From: Treponemataceae bacterium
GTDB lineage: Bacteria > Spirochaetota > Spirochaetia > Treponematales > Rectinemataceae
Direction of reading: 5' to 3'
NCBI GenBank assembly: GCA_963667725.2
Contig: CAXXHO010000005.1
Coordinates: 640,001-704,000, forward strand
Length of the DNA: 64,000 bases
Shown: one piece after another, positions 31,147 through 41,390 of the stretch
Layout of the letters: each line of letters opens with the position of its first letter
How positions within the stretch are numbered: position 1 is the first letter of the stretch
The notes under the pieces: model-generated
The model's input: the letters and a program-made list of their open reading frames with translations, nothing else
The model's database searches: none
What the model was told of the DNA's origin: nothing
Made by a program: the position numbers and the translations under genes

Positions 31147-31791
31147 TCAATCCCCCGGCAGCTTGACGAAGACCTCGCGCGGTTCCGTCCCGAGGGCGGC
31201 GACGCAGAAGGAACGGCCAATGCCAGCGAGGCCTTCGCGTATTCCGGCGCGGACCGTCGCGTCGGAAAGCGTAGCGCGAGCCCGAAGCGCGAGATCGGCC
31301 GACAGTTCGTCCTTCATCCTGGCGGCCTCTTCCTTAAGCTTGAAAACGGTGTTTGTGACGAGGTTGGCGCCCTTGGCGCTTATTTCAATGGTGTCGGTGC
31401 GCACGGCGGGCGGCAGACAGCCAGGCTCGGGCGCTGAAATAGACAGGGCTCGCGTTTTCTGGTTCCAGGCAATCGTCCACAGCGAAGGATCAGAGGCGTC
31501 GACGAAATAGAAGACGTCGGCCCAGGCCGACAGCTCGACGCTCGCCTTTACGCGAACGATAGCCAGCACCTTGGCGGCGAACTCCTTCGATGCCACATAA
31601 CGTTGTCTCGAAGAAAGGACGACGAGCTTCTGCCCGGGCTCGAGATTCTCGACATAAAGCGCCCAACGTTCCAAAACAGTGGGCTTCGCGTCGAGCGCGG
31701 CTTTCCACGCGAAAAAGGAACCCGCGAGGACAGCGGCCGCCCCGAGCGCCAGAAACACGAGGAGGACGGGGAATCTCCCATATCGCCTCAT
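31147..31791 (-). CDS. Hypothetical membrane-anchored protein (DUF4230-like)
   Basis: N-terminal TM helix followed by a beta-rich region; family guess is weak. Confidence 0.55.
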   Translation of the reverse strand: MRRYGRFPVLLVFLALGAAAVLAGSFFAWKAALDAKPTVLERWALYVENLEPGQKLVVLSSRQRYVASKEFAAKVLAIVRVKASVELSAWADVFYFVDASDPSLWTIAWNQKTRALSISAPEPGCLPPAVRTDTIEISAKGANLVTNTVFKLKEEAARMKDELSADLALRARATLSDATVRAGIREGLAGIGRSFCVAALGTEPREVFVKLPGD

Positions 31792-31808
31792 TCAACCACT
31801 CCGAAACA

Positions 31809-33173
31809 TCAGAATCCGCTGTCTTTCTCCCAGCCGGCGATCACCGCGCCCGCTTCCTGCCTCAGCACCGGCAGCGACGAGAGATCCCCCGTGGCGGCCA
31901 TGTCGTCCAACGCCTTGTGCGCTATCATCGCGAGGGATTCCTGAGCCTGGTTCCGCCCCTTCACGAAAGCGGGATCTCCTGATCGCAAAAAGTTGCGCGA
32001 TTTCGCGAGCCAAGCTTTCCATCGCCGCCAGTAAGCCTCGGCCTTCGCCGAACCCTCGGCGTAATCGTAGCCGGCCCAGAGCGGGATGAACTCGCCCTTG
32101 ACGAGCAGAAGAGGCTTGTAGAGGGAAACGCAGGGGTAGGAAGTACCCGTGAACCACAGGACGGCAGCCTCGGGGCTCCTGTATTCGACCACCATGGACG
32201 CTGTCGTGGCGGAAGCCGGAAAGCCGCCTGAGTGGACGCAGAGACTCTCCATGTGCTTCGCCAAGGGATGGGCCGGATCGAAAGGTCCGTGGGAGCGCAG
32301 AATATTGAAGAAATCGAGAACGGCGGGCATCGCCGGCTCAGCTGGCGCCCCAGGAGCAGCCGCGGCAGCCGTTGCCGCCTGCGCGAGCTTCGCCCCGAAG
32401 GCCCCGAGCAGAGAAAGGGAAAGGGCGCGACGCCGCTCGCCCCTCGTGAAACGCAGGTAGAAACGATTCTCGACATAGGCCTTGAAGGATTCCTTTTCGC
32501 CCTTGCGGCCGGGATCGGCCTCGTCGGAACAGGCCGCCCTCTCGTTGACGGGCGAAATGGCCTTGCGCGTGGCGACATCGAGACGCTTGAAGTCCTCCTC
32601 GATGCAGTAGGCGTTGGAAATGGCGTCGCGGTGGGGGATGGAGCGCCAAGCCCAGCGGTGCCCCGCCGTCTCGAGGATATAGGCGGCGGAAGAATCAGCG
32701 ATTATGAAACTGTTGTCGTAATAAAGGGAGCCCTTGAGGGCGCCGTTGCCGCCCTGCTCGTACTTTTCGACGAAGGCGCAGATGAAATCCACGGCTTCCT
32801 TGGCCGTCGCCGAGGAGCTCAGGGCCGCCCTCAGGATATCCATGCCCAGAACGCCGTCTTTAGCCGGCTTATAACGCGAGAAGACAGCCTCGTTGCCGAT
32901 GGCGACGCCCTTCTCGTTCAGCCCCATCTCCCCGCCAGCCATCCAGGACGGCTTCGAGAGCGTGAAGGCCAATCCGGCGTCGCTCAACGGAAAAGTCCTG
33001 CCGCCCAGGACAACCTGCCCGGAAGCCGGCCTGCGCGGGACGACGCAGAGGGTCTGCGGCTCGTCCGGTTGCCTGTCGGAATTCTTGCCGAAGAAAGAGC
33101 CCGCGAACACGGCGTCCGCGCTGATGCCCTTGCCGGCGGCCTCGCCGACTGCGCAATAGAAAGTATCGCACAT
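31809..33173 (-). CDS. C69-family dipeptidase / secernin-like Ntn hydrolase
   Basis: N-terminal MCDT, FGKNSDRQPDE, GGEMGLNEKGVAIGNEA. Confidence 0.85.
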   Translation of the reverse strand: MCDTFYCAVGEAAGKGISADAVFAGSFFGKNSDRQPDEPQTLCVVPRRPASGQVVLGGRTFPLSDAGLAFTLSKPSWMAGGEMGLNEKGVAIGNEAVFSRYKPAKDGVLGMDILRAALSSSATAKEAVDFICAFVEKYEQGGNGALKGSLYYDNSFIIADSSAAYILETAGHRWAWRSIPHRDAISNAYCIEEDFKRLDVATRKAISPVNERAACSDEADPGRKGEKESFKAYVENRFYLRFTRGERRRALSLSLLGAFGAKLAQAATAAAAAPGAPAEPAMPAVLDFFNILRSHGPFDPAHPLAKHMESLCVHSGGFPASATTASMVVEYRSPEAAVLWFTGTSYPCVSLYKPLLLVKGEFIPLWAGYDYAEGSAKAEAYWRRWKAWLAKSRNFLRSGDPAFVKGRNQAQESLAMIAHKALDDMAATGDLSSLPVLRQEAGAVIAGWEKDSGF

Positions 33174-33305
33174 TTGTAATCTCCCAACGCTCAATGTAAA
33201 GCTTCCTGGCCTACGGCGCAAGGAGGAAAAATTCCCGCCCTTCCATCCTCCCGCCGCCCCGTCTCGGTTGACTCGAAAGAGCGCCGAAAGCATACTCTAT
33301 GGACG

Positions 33306-34136
33306 ATGATTGGCAGCATGTTCCGCAGGCTTTCTCTCGTCCTCGCCATCGTCTCCCTCGGCGCGGGACAAATCCCCGCTCAAGCCCTCACGGGCAAACT
33401 AGCCCTCACCCCGCGCTCCCCCGCCGGCCGCCCCCTTCCCGCCGAGACCGATCCCCGTTTCGTCGCGTCCATCTACGCGCTGAGAGACGCCGTCTACAAC
33501 GGCGCCCAGCCCGGCGAAGTCGAAAAGACGGCCCAAAGCCTCATCGAAGAGACGAAAACCCAGCCCCTCGGAGAAATCGACCGCTTCCTCATCCTCTCGC
33601 GGATCGAATACCTCCTCGGCCGTTCCTGGAACGAAGCCGGCGACAAGAAGAAAGCTATCCTCCATTTCGAAGCCGCCATGGACAAAGCCCAACGCTCCAT
33701 GGCATCGGGAGAGGAGCCCGCCGGCGTCATGGCCCTCACCAAGCCCCTTTCGGAACTCTGCCTTCTCAAGAACATGGGCTTTCTTATAGCGAACGGCCCC
33801 AAGATATCCCAGAACGCGAAAAAAGTGCTGGCCGCCGAACCGGGACACCCGGGAGCCCTCTCGATCCTCGCCGGCGCCAAGGCATACCCTCCGGCCATCT
33901 TCGGCGGAAACCCTAAGGAAGCCATAGAAGAGATGGAAACCCTCCTCAAAGCCCGCGACGAGGGCTTCGAGAAGGACGAACTCTTCGACATAAGGACCTG
34001 CGTCGCCACGGCCCTCATGAAACTCGACCGCAAGGACGAGGCGCGATTCTGGTTCGAGGCTGCCCTCGAGCTCTATCCGGGCAACAAATACGCCCTCGCC
34101 GAACTCGCGAAGACGAAACCAAAGGCGAAGCCATGA
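33306..34136 (+). CDS. Secreted TPR-like protein
   Basis: Signal peptide; helical repeats ending ARFWFEAALELYPGN. Confidence 0.65.
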   Translation: MIGSMFRRLSLVLAIVSLGAGQIPAQALTGKLALTPRSPAGRPLPAETDPRFVASIYALRDAVYNGAQPGEVEKTAQSLIEETKTQPLGEIDRFLILSRIEYLLGRSWNEAGDKKKAILHFEAAMDKAQRSMASGEEPAGVMALTKPLSELCLLKNMGFLIANGPKISQNAKKVLAAEPGHPGALSILAGAKAYPPAIFGGNPKEAIEEMETLLKARDEGFEKDELFDIRTCVATALMKLDRKDEARFWFEAALELYPGNKYALAELAKTKPKAKP

Positions 34137-35272
34137 GCCTCGAAACCATCGTCACCGCCTACGCCATGGCCACGGCTGTCGCGGGCGTCCACATCTTCGT
34201 CGTCACTGCCCTGAACACGGCGTGGATGATGTACGCGAGCATTGTCAGCCCCAAGAAGACGGGCCCCCTCGTCAGCCTCCTCGTCCCGGCGCGCAACGAG
34301 GAGGCCCACCTCGGAGCCTGCCTCGACTCCCTCGTCGCCCAGAACTATGAAAACCTGGAAATCATCGTCTATGACGACGACTCCACGGACGGGACGAGGA
34401 AAATCCTCGATCAATACGTGAAGCGATACCCTGGCCTCGTCCGCGCCATCGGCGGAAAGCTCGAACCAGGCTGGTACGGAAAGCCCCTCGCCCTCCAGCG
34501 CCTCTCGGAAGCCGCGTCGGGCTCCTGGCTCTATTTCACCGACGCCGACACCGTCCACGAGCCCGACTCGGTGGGCTTCGCCCTCGGCAGCGCCGAACTC
34601 CACAAGGCCGACCTCGTCTCGGGCTACGTGCGCAACAAAATAGGCAGCTTCGGCGAGGGCCAGGTGGTTCCCGCCATCTACCTCCTCACCATGGTGGCCA
34701 TGCCCCTCTGGCTCATCCACCTCGCCAAGTCCTCCCTCATCTCCCACGCCATTGGACAGGTCATGCTCTTCAGGGCCTCATTCTACGAAAAAATCGGAGG
34801 CTACGACGCGGTGAGGCACAAGGTGTCGGAAGATGTCCACATGGCGAGGCTCGTGAAAAAACAGGGCGGCAAGGTCCTCTTCACCGACCTCAAGGAACAT
34901 ATCGCCTGTAGGATGTACAGCGATTACCGAAGCGCCATAGACGGCCTCTCGAAGAACGTCTACGACTACTTCAACAAGAACATCATCGTCCTCGTGGCCG
35001 TGACCGTCCTCGTGCCCCTCGTCTTCTTCATCCCCATACTCGGCTCAATCTGGCTCCCCGCCTTCCTGATCCAGGCCCAGCCCTGGTTCCGCCTCGGCTG
35101 CCTCTTCCTCGTGTCGGCCTGGGGCCTTCTGACCATGGAACGCCTCCTGCCCTGGTACGTTCCCCTCATCTACCCCCTCATCCTCGTCAACGTCCTCTCT
35201 ACCGCGTGGAGAGCCTGCAGGCTCTTCGCCACGGGCAAGGCCGTCGAGTGGAAGGGAAGGATGGTGAAATAG
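34133..35272 (+). CDS. Family 2 glycosyltransferase, membrane-bound
   Basis: VPARNEE, DDDSTDGT, GWYGKP, FTDAD, SEDV, EWKGR C-terminus. Confidence 0.88.
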   Translation: MSLETIVTAYAMATAVAGVHIFVVTALNTAWMMYASIVSPKKTGPLVSLLVPARNEEAHLGACLDSLVAQNYENLEIIVYDDDSTDGTRKILDQYVKRYPGLVRAIGGKLEPGWYGKPLALQRLSEAASGSWLYFTDADTVHEPDSVGFALGSAELHKADLVSGYVRNKIGSFGEGQVVPAIYLLTMVAMPLWLIHLAKSSLISHAIGQVMLFRASFYEKIGGYDAVRHKVSEDVHMARLVKKQGGKVLFTDLKEHIACRMYSDYRSAIDGLSKNVYDYFNKNIIVLVAVTVLVPLVFFIPILGSIWLPAFLIQAQPWFRLGCLFLVSAWGLLTMERLLPWYVPLIYPLILVNVLSTAWRACRLFATGKAVEWKGRMVK

Positions 35273-35274
35273 GC

Positions 35275-36009
35275 ATGGCGTATAAAAGAGGAAAGCCCTT
35301 GATAATAAAAAAGCCGCCATTCCTTGCGGCTTCGTATCTGCTCTGCTGGTTCGTCGCCCTCATAGGCTGGCCCATCGTCCAAGCCTGGTACGGTTACAGC
35401 GTGACAGGCAGGCAAAACCTGAGAAAAGCGGGCCGTCGCCCCCTCATCTTCGTCAGCAACCACTCCCTGCCCCTGGACAGCCTCATCCACGGCCTTTCCA
35501 TCCTGCCGGGCTTCAGCTACTTCACCATCATCGAGGAAACCGTCATGACGCCCATCCTCGGCACCCTCGTCCGCCTCCTGGGAGGCATCCCCATGCCCAC
35601 CGATTCGGCTCGGCTCAAGGACATAGACGAAGCCATGGACAGAGCCCTCGCGATCCGCGGACGCGTCTATTTCTACGCCGAAGGGGAATGCTTCCTCCTC
35701 AACCAGGAGATCAAACCCTTCAAGGCTGGCGCCTTCTACTACGCCATCAGGAACAGAGCCCTCATCGTCCCCGTCGTCACCGTGCTCAAGCGCCCGAACA
35801 GGCGCGTCCGCCCCGCCGTCCATATCCTCCCCGCCATGGAAGCGCCGGCCCCCACAGGCCACGCCGCCACCGACCTCCACAACGCCATCGTCACCTCGAA
35901 GCGCGTCCGCGCCGAGATGCAGGCCCTCATCGACGCCGAGGGCGGCGACAAAAGCCTCTACCGCGGCCCCATGCCCCGCATACGCGGCGTCAACGATCGC
36001 GAACGATAG
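35275..36009 (+). CDS. Lysophospholipid/glycerolipid acyltransferase (PlsC-like)
   Basis: SNHSLPLD (NHxxxxD), YAEGE, PFKAGAF. Confidence 0.85.
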   Translation: MAYKRGKPLIIKKPPFLAASYLLCWFVALIGWPIVQAWYGYSVTGRQNLRKAGRRPLIFVSNHSLPLDSLIHGLSILPGFSYFTIIEETVMTPILGTLVRLLGGIPMPTDSARLKDIDEAMDRALAIRGRVYFYAEGECFLLNQEIKPFKAGAFYYAIRNRALIVPVVTVLKRPNRRVRPAVHILPAMEAPAPTGHAATDLHNAIVTSKRVRAEMQALIDAEGGDKSLYRGPMPRIRGVNDRER

Positions 36010-36153
36010 GAAATCGCCCCTAGACAGCCCATTCCCGAGCCCCTCCATTCCCCGCGAGCCTTTTGCCATTGCGGCCGAGCCCTTCCCGCATATACTTAAC
36101 CATAAACGTAGTGAATTTCGCAAAGTTGGCTAATCGAAAAAGGGAGGCTCCTG

Positions 36154-36675
36154 ATGCAAAGAAAAACGAACAAGGCTGTCTTGGCCGTCATCGCCATTGC
36201 TTTCCTCACCCTCGGTCTCTCGGGCTGCGACCTACTGCAGAACCTCCTGGGCGGCGGGGATACGGAAAACCAGGAACTGCTCTCCAAGCTTTTCGCCGCG
36301 CACGACAAGGCCACTCAGGAAATCCAGGCCTATGTCCAGGCCCACAATGGCGAGGGATATCCGGATTACCTGCCTGATGGTTTTTACTATTCCGACGCGG
36401 GGAGCGAGCGGACGAGGACCTTCACCGCCTACCTCAACGCCGACGGCGTCCAGCTGGACGGAACCGACATCAAGACCTTCAGCGGAACGCCGGGAGCGAG
36501 CGAGATCGTGGGAGACAACATGAACATCAGGTTCAGAGGATCAATTGGCGGAGACTATCTTCTTGAGTTCGCCTGGACCATGAGCTCGCCGTCCACGCGG
36601 AATTACTCGGAATGCAAGGTAAACGGCGAAGACATGCTGGATGATTTCCTCGGCATGGAGCCGCCCGCTCATTGA
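36154..36675 (+). CDS. Hypothetical lipoprotein
   Basis: Lipobox LSGC; RBS GGGAGG. Confidence 0.7.
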   Translation: MQRKTNKAVLAVIAIAFLTLGLSGCDLLQNLLGGGDTENQELLSKLFAAHDKATQEIQAYVQAHNGEGYPDYLPDGFYYSDAGSERTRTFTAYLNADGVQLDGTDIKTFSGTPGASEIVGDNMNIRFRGSIGGDYLLEFAWTMSSPSTRNYSECKVNGEDMLDDFLGMEPPAH

Positions 36676-36710
36676 CGACGTCCGCGAACGATAGGTACTG
36701 GTTGAAAAGC

Positions 36711-36827
36711 GGACAGGATAACAGGATGGGCAGGATTTACAAGAAAAGGATTTAGGTAAAGAGAAGAAAGCTCGATTCTTTACCCTAAATCTTACCTGTC
36801 GATCCTGAGGGTCCTGTTATCTTGTCC
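36711..36827. repeat. CAGGAT-periodic long imperfect hairpin (family 2), full copy A
   Basis: GGACAGGATAACAGGATGGGCAGGAT...ATCCTGAGGGTCCTGTTATCTTGTCC; inner GGTAAAGA/TCTTTACC pair; abuts the ATPase stop codon. Confidence 0.8.
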
Positions 36828-37967
36828 TTATTTCCGCAACTCCTCGATAAGGGAGGAAAGCGGGCAGAAGACAATAGGCATGCCTTCGATTTCTCGTTTG
36901 ATGGGGCGTTGCGAGTCGGCGGCAACGACGATGTTGACCGAACCGGGATGGAGGGCTCGAAACGCCTTAAGCCCGGCAGGTTCGAAGGCATCGCCGCTCC
37001 ACTTCACCTCGATTGCTATAGGCTCGCTTCCGCGAGGCGCCAGGACGAAATCCACCTCATGTCCTTCCTTGTCGCGCCACGACAAAACTTCCTGATCTTG
37101 CGCGCCGGCTTTCAGCTCGTTCAAGACAAGATGCTCCCAGAAGATCCCTTTCTCCTTGGCGGAAATTTCATGCATGCCCTGAGCCCAGGCGACAAATCCC
37201 GTATCGAATCCATAGACCAAGGGCGTGGCGACTATCTCCCTGGCCGCGCGATTGTGGTAAGGACGAACAATGTGGACGAGCTGCGTAGCTTCGAAAATGG
37301 CGAGATAATTCATGATCGTTGGTCGACTTACTCCGCAGGAGGCCGCGAAGGAAGCGGCATTGAATCTTCCCCCGCTTTGCGCAAGAAGAAGTTCGGCGAA
37401 TTTTAAGAAAGATGAACGGCGCTCTAAACGAAAGAGTTCGAGAATATCCCGGGCCCAAAAGGCTTCCATCCACTCCGAGTAGTCCCTGTCGTCGCGTAAA
37501 TCGGAGAGAAAAAAACCGGGAAGGCCTCCCGAGAGAAATCGTTTCGTCCTGTTCCCGTATCCCGGGAAATTCATATCTTTTTCGCAAAGAGGCGTAAGCC
37601 TAAGTTCCGCTTTACGCCCAGCAAGCGTATCGCGAAACTTCACCGATGCCCCGAGGGTGGAAGAACCGGTAGCGACAATGCGGAGTTCGGGAAAGTGATC
37701 AGCCGCTATCTTAAGGAGAAGAGCCGGATCGTCGAGCCTGTGTATTTCATCAAGCGCGATAATGCCCTGACCAATCGCCTTGAGAAACGCTTCGGGATCA
37801 TCCATCTCCCGTCGTACGGAAGGCAGCTCGCAGTCAAAATACTCAACACCTTCAAGACTCTGGCAAAGGACAGTTTTACCCGATCGTCTGACTCCGGAAA
37901 GCCATACAATCGGTCGCTTGGACCATAGCGAACGTATCCTTTCCTGCCACCATGTTCGTAGAATCAT
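36828..37967 (-). CDS. AAA_14 ATPase with DUF4143-like region and C-terminal PD-(D/E)xK-like motif
   Basis: GVRRSGKT Walker A, LDEIH, ATGSS, LAGRK, EVDF...IEVK. Confidence 0.85.
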   Translation of the reverse strand: MILRTWWQERIRSLWSKRPIVWLSGVRRSGKTVLCQSLEGVEYFDCELPSVRREMDDPEAFLKAIGQGIIALDEIHRLDDPALLLKIAADHFPELRIVATGSSTLGASVKFRDTLAGRKAELRLTPLCEKDMNFPGYGNRTKRFLSGGLPGFFLSDLRDDRDYSEWMEAFWARDILELFRLERRSSFLKFAELLLAQSGGRFNAASFAASCGVSRPTIMNYLAIFEATQLVHIVRPYHNRAAREIVATPLVYGFDTGFVAWAQGMHEISAKEKGIFWEHLVLNELKAGAQDQEVLSWRDKEGHEVDFVLAPRGSEPIAIEVKWSGDAFEPAGLKAFRALHPGSVNIVVAADSQRPIKREIEGMPIVFCPLSSLIEELRK

Positions 37968-38033
37968 AGCAGCATTATAATTAATTGCCTGACCAATCGC
38001 AAGTGTACTTTCATTTAGTCAAGACTGAATGAA

Positions 38034-38065
38034 GACAGGATAACAAGATGGGCAGGATTTACAGG
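38034..38065. repeat. Family 2 half copy B
   Basis: GACAGGATAACAAGATGGGCAGGATTTACA, 29/30 identical to 36712-36741; contains the stop codon of the wzi-like gene. Confidence 0.8.
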
Positions 38066-39858
38066 AAAACCTTGCAGCTCAGCTCCAGCACGTTCTTCCA
38101 TTCGGCATCGGGTACGGCGGCCCCGCCTCCCGTGCCGTCCTCCCACCAGGTGTAGGAAAGCCCGTAGCCAGCCCCGAACTCGAGGGGGACCTTAGCCCCT
38201 AGAATCTCAGGCGCTTTTGCGGGTCTCCAGTAGACCTTGAACTTAGCTATGTGGTTGTAGTCGTAGATGCCGTCGTGGAGGAAGTCCTTGTAATAATCGG
38301 AAACCCCGCCGGTGCCATAGTCCAGATAGTCTTCCACGTCGCCGTAGATCAGATGATTCGTCGTGACATAATTGGGATTATCCCCATGGCGGATGAAGCT
38401 GTACTGAAAATCGGCGCGCCAGTCGGCCGCGAGCCTGGTGTCGAGCTTGAGCAGCAGTTCGTCGGAGTTGGGTTTCAGGTGATAGCCCAGGTTTTCGCCG
38501 TCGTTGGTATAGTTGGTGTTGACCCGCAGCCGCGTATCGCTGTTCCATGTGGGCGGGTGGGTATAGACGAAAGGCTCGATCTTCGTGTACTGGGCCGTGA
38601 GCGACGCGAAGGGAAGCCAAGGAACATCGAGCTTTACCCCGCCCTGATAGGCGAACATGTTGCGCGCCTTGCTGAACCATTCATCGAACCCGGAAAGCTC
38701 CATCTCGTCGATGTAGAGGGAGGCGTAGGCTTTGCCTATCCGTTTCAGGAAAACCTGAATATCCCCGCCCAGGCTCATATTGTCCACGTCGGACTGCGTT
38801 ACCTGATACTCGACGGCGAACATCATCGGTGAAAGGTAGCCCAGCTCGAGACGCTTGGCGCCTATCATCGAGCCCGAGGCCGAAAGGCTGAGCCACTCGA
38901 AGGGAAAAAGCTCCAGCCGCTGGATGGCGAACATTTTCTGCTCGGTGACCGCCGTGGGATTGCCATTGATGTCGGTCGCCGTCGAACGGTCGGCGCCGCC
39001 TTTCTCCCAGTTGCCCAGGGATCCGACCATGTGGGAAATCGCGAAGATTTCCGATGGCCTGAACTGGACTTCCAGTCCCATAAAAGGCCGAGCGGTGCCC
39101 GAAAGCGTGAGAGAGCCTGAGCCCACGCCCCAGTCGCGCCGGAAGCGGGAGAGGCGGTACCTGAAAGCTCCCGAATCCGTCGCCCCGGCGATGTCGCTGC
39201 GGAGATCGAAACTCCAGGTGGGATAAGCTTCCTCCCCGTCGGTCGTTGGGGAGGTGGAGACTTTGTTGTGGGAGGTATCCCATTCCTTGGTGAAGGAGTA
39301 GGGCATGTAAAGATCGCGGTTCACCTTGTCGTAAGTTATACCGATGGTTCCCCAGAGGGAGAGCCAGGGCTCCGGATAAAGCTTCACGTAGGGCTGAACG
39401 AGGGAGTTGAGGTGCCAGAGATCGGCCACGTCGCCCGTCCCGCCCGTGGCGAGGTCAGCGATGCCCGCGGCATCGAAGCGACCGGTGGCCTCTATGTGGC
39501 CTCCCACCGCCGCCTTGGCGTTGGGCGCTTTCCAGAGAGCCTGCCCGATATCGCTCCGCGCCCCATCCTCGAACTCGGCGGCGATTCCCCGAATTTCGGC
39601 CCGCTCGATGGGGGAAAAGGCGTCCATATTCGCTTGGATCGTCGCGAGGAACTCGGCCACCTGCGCCCTCGTGTAGGGCTTCACCGACGATAGCCGCGTC
39701 AGCACGCCGCGCAGCTCGGCGGTCTCGATGACGCTATACACAGGATGCCCCAGCTCGACGGCGAGATGGGACTGGGCGACGGCCCTCGGCGCCGCCACGA
39801 ATCCGAGCGCGAAGACCAGCATGGCGCCAATAATCCATCGAAGCATATTTTTATTCAT
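38059..39858 (-). CDS. Outer-membrane protein, capsule assembly Wzi-like
   Basis: Signal peptide; LSSVKPYTRAQV N-terminal helical part; RDWGVGSGSLTLSGTARPF; beta-barrel-like C-terminus; located in the EPS locus. Confidence 0.6.
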   Translation of the reverse strand: MNKNMLRWIIGAMLVFALGFVAAPRAVAQSHLAVELGHPVYSVIETAELRGVLTRLSSVKPYTRAQVAEFLATIQANMDAFSPIERAEIRGIAAEFEDGARSDIGQALWKAPNAKAAVGGHIEATGRFDAAGIADLATGGTGDVADLWHLNSLVQPYVKLYPEPWLSLWGTIGITYDKVNRDLYMPYSFTKEWDTSHNKVSTSPTTDGEEAYPTWSFDLRSDIAGATDSGAFRYRLSRFRRDWGVGSGSLTLSGTARPFMGLEVQFRPSEIFAISHMVGSLGNWEKGGADRSTATDINGNPTAVTEQKMFAIQRLELFPFEWLSLSASGSMIGAKRLELGYLSPMMFAVEYQVTQSDVDNMSLGGDIQVFLKRIGKAYASLYIDEMELSGFDEWFSKARNMFAYQGGVKLDVPWLPFASLTAQYTKIEPFVYTHPPTWNSDTRLRVNTNYTNDGENLGYHLKPNSDELLLKLDTRLAADWRADFQYSFIRHGDNPNYVTTNHLIYGDVEDYLDYGTGGVSDYYKDFLHDGIYDYNHIAKFKVYWRPAKAPEILGAKVPLEFGAGYGLSYTWWEDGTGGGAAVPDAEWKNVLELSCKVFL

Positions 39859-40102
39859 TCTTTTTCCTTTCAACCAAATCTTCGAGCGTCGGAAGGCCGG
39901 CCGGTTCGACAAATGCTATCTCCATACCGAGCTGTTCCAGCAAGGACAATACGGCACCAAAGGAAATACCCGCCTGCTTGCCATTCTCCAGCTTACTCAA
40001 GGTGACACGGCTGATACCCACGGCGGCGGCGAGTTCCGATTGCTTAAAGCCCTTCTGGCTTCTCAATGCTTTAATCGCTGGTCCGATTTCCCAATATTTC
40101 AT
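39851..40102 (-). CDS. HipB-like XRE antitoxin
   Basis: IKALRSQKGFKQSELAAAVGISRVTLSKLENG; overlaps the hipA end. Confidence 0.8.
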   Translation of the reverse strand: MKYWEIGPAIKALRSQKGFKQSELAAAVGISRVTLSKLENGKQAGISFGAVLSLLEQLGMEIAFVEPAGLPTLEDLVERKKNE

Positions 40103-41300
40103 CGGCGATATCCTTTTTTGGCTCTCCATCGCGCGAACTCATCCAGGAAGCGAGTACTTTCCTTCCCGTCGGGGCAAATTCAGGATTGGCGGCACTGTAC
40201 GCTTCCAGCTCGTCGACCGTCTCGGCGACAGCTCTGGCGCATTCATCGTACAGAGCTCCAGCCTCAGACTTCCCCAACTGACATTCGGCGATGCCGAAAT
40301 CGACAAGCTGCCTTCGCCCAGGCCAGAACTTCCTGCCGGAAAAAGTCAAAGCCGGCCTATCCTTCATCATATAGGCCGTCGTCGTTACCACATCATAGCA
40401 CGGGGCGAGATAACGATCGATTCTATCGGGAGAATAGAGTATCCCAAAATTCTTCAAGTGGGCATCCCCATTCCGCAACAGCATGGAAATAACAAGTATC
40501 ATGTAATACTGACGCAGCGAAGACTGTCGACGCTGCGGAGATACAAAATCCGCGATCGTCTTGGCAGCCTGTTCATAGCTGCCCGAATATTTTTCACCTT
40601 TATTCTTTGCCTGAAGGACGCAAAAATCCTCGAATCCCAAAAATCCTCCATCAGGCGATCGATCGAAACGTCCGGTGACGAAGAGCTTCCTATCATCGGA
40701 AAGAAAGAAGGACGAAACCGGAAGCCCAGCTTTCCGCGCAACCGTCATGCAGAAATATTCATTTTCCGCCAAGTGCGGAAATTCTTCTCCCCAAGTCTTC
40801 ACAATATAGTCGCTCACCGAAACCATGGACTTATCCCTCAGCCTTGCCAGCAACTTAGGCTGAATGCCCGATACAAACGAACTCTCGAGAAAAATTCCGA
40901 GGAGCCTCGCGAAAATATCATCTTCCCCAGAAGAGAGAATTTCATCGAGCGAGAGTGAAAGGGAGTCTCGATTGTCGCCTCTAAACAAAGGGCTTTCATA
41001 TTCCAGTCGTCCACGGACATTGCCCGATAGAAGACTCAGAAGGGAGAAATCGTCGGCAGCCCCGAATTCTTTCATCACCAACTGTTTTAAAAGCTCGAAA
41101 AGATAACCTTCGGGGAGATTCATCCCAAAAACCGGATGCAACCCTCCTGTCCAATTCCAGCTTCTCGCCCTATAGGGCATGGTAAGGGATACCCAGGGCA
41201 GAGCGCTTGAGCTTGAATCATAATTGAAGGAATAGGTGTCGCCGCTCCGGTACAAGGTACCGACGGTCATGCCATCAGCCTTCACCTTTATATAATCCAC
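40071..41300 (-). CDS. hipA: HipA-family Ser/Thr kinase toxin
   Basis: MNLPEG, SGIQPK, FEDF, NGDAHLKNF, APCYD; GTG start with RBS GGAGG. Confidence 0.88.
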   Translation of the reverse strand: MDYIKVKADGMTVGTLYRSGDTYSFNYDSSSSALPWVSLTMPYRARSWNWTGGLHPVFGMNLPEGYLFELLKQLVMKEFGAADDFSLLSLLSGNVRGRLEYESPLFRGDNRDSLSLSLDEILSSGEDDIFARLLGIFLESSFVSGIQPKLLARLRDKSMVSVSDYIVKTWGEEFPHLAENEYFCMTVARKAGLPVSSFFLSDDRKLFVTGRFDRSPDGGFLGFEDFCVLQAKNKGEKYSGSYEQAAKTIADFVSPQRRQSSLRQYYMILVISMLLRNGDAHLKNFGILYSPDRIDRYLAPCYDVVTTTAYMMKDRPALTFSGRKFWPGRRQLVDFGIAECQLGKSEAGALYDECARAVAETVDELEAYSAANPEFAPTGRKVLASWMSSRDGEPKKDIADEILGNRTSD

Positions 41301-41390
41301 CCTTCCCTCCTGTTCAATATAATTATCATATACCTCTATACAATTTATTATGTTAACTATATTGAACATTGTCAAGCAAAAATTGGCAAT

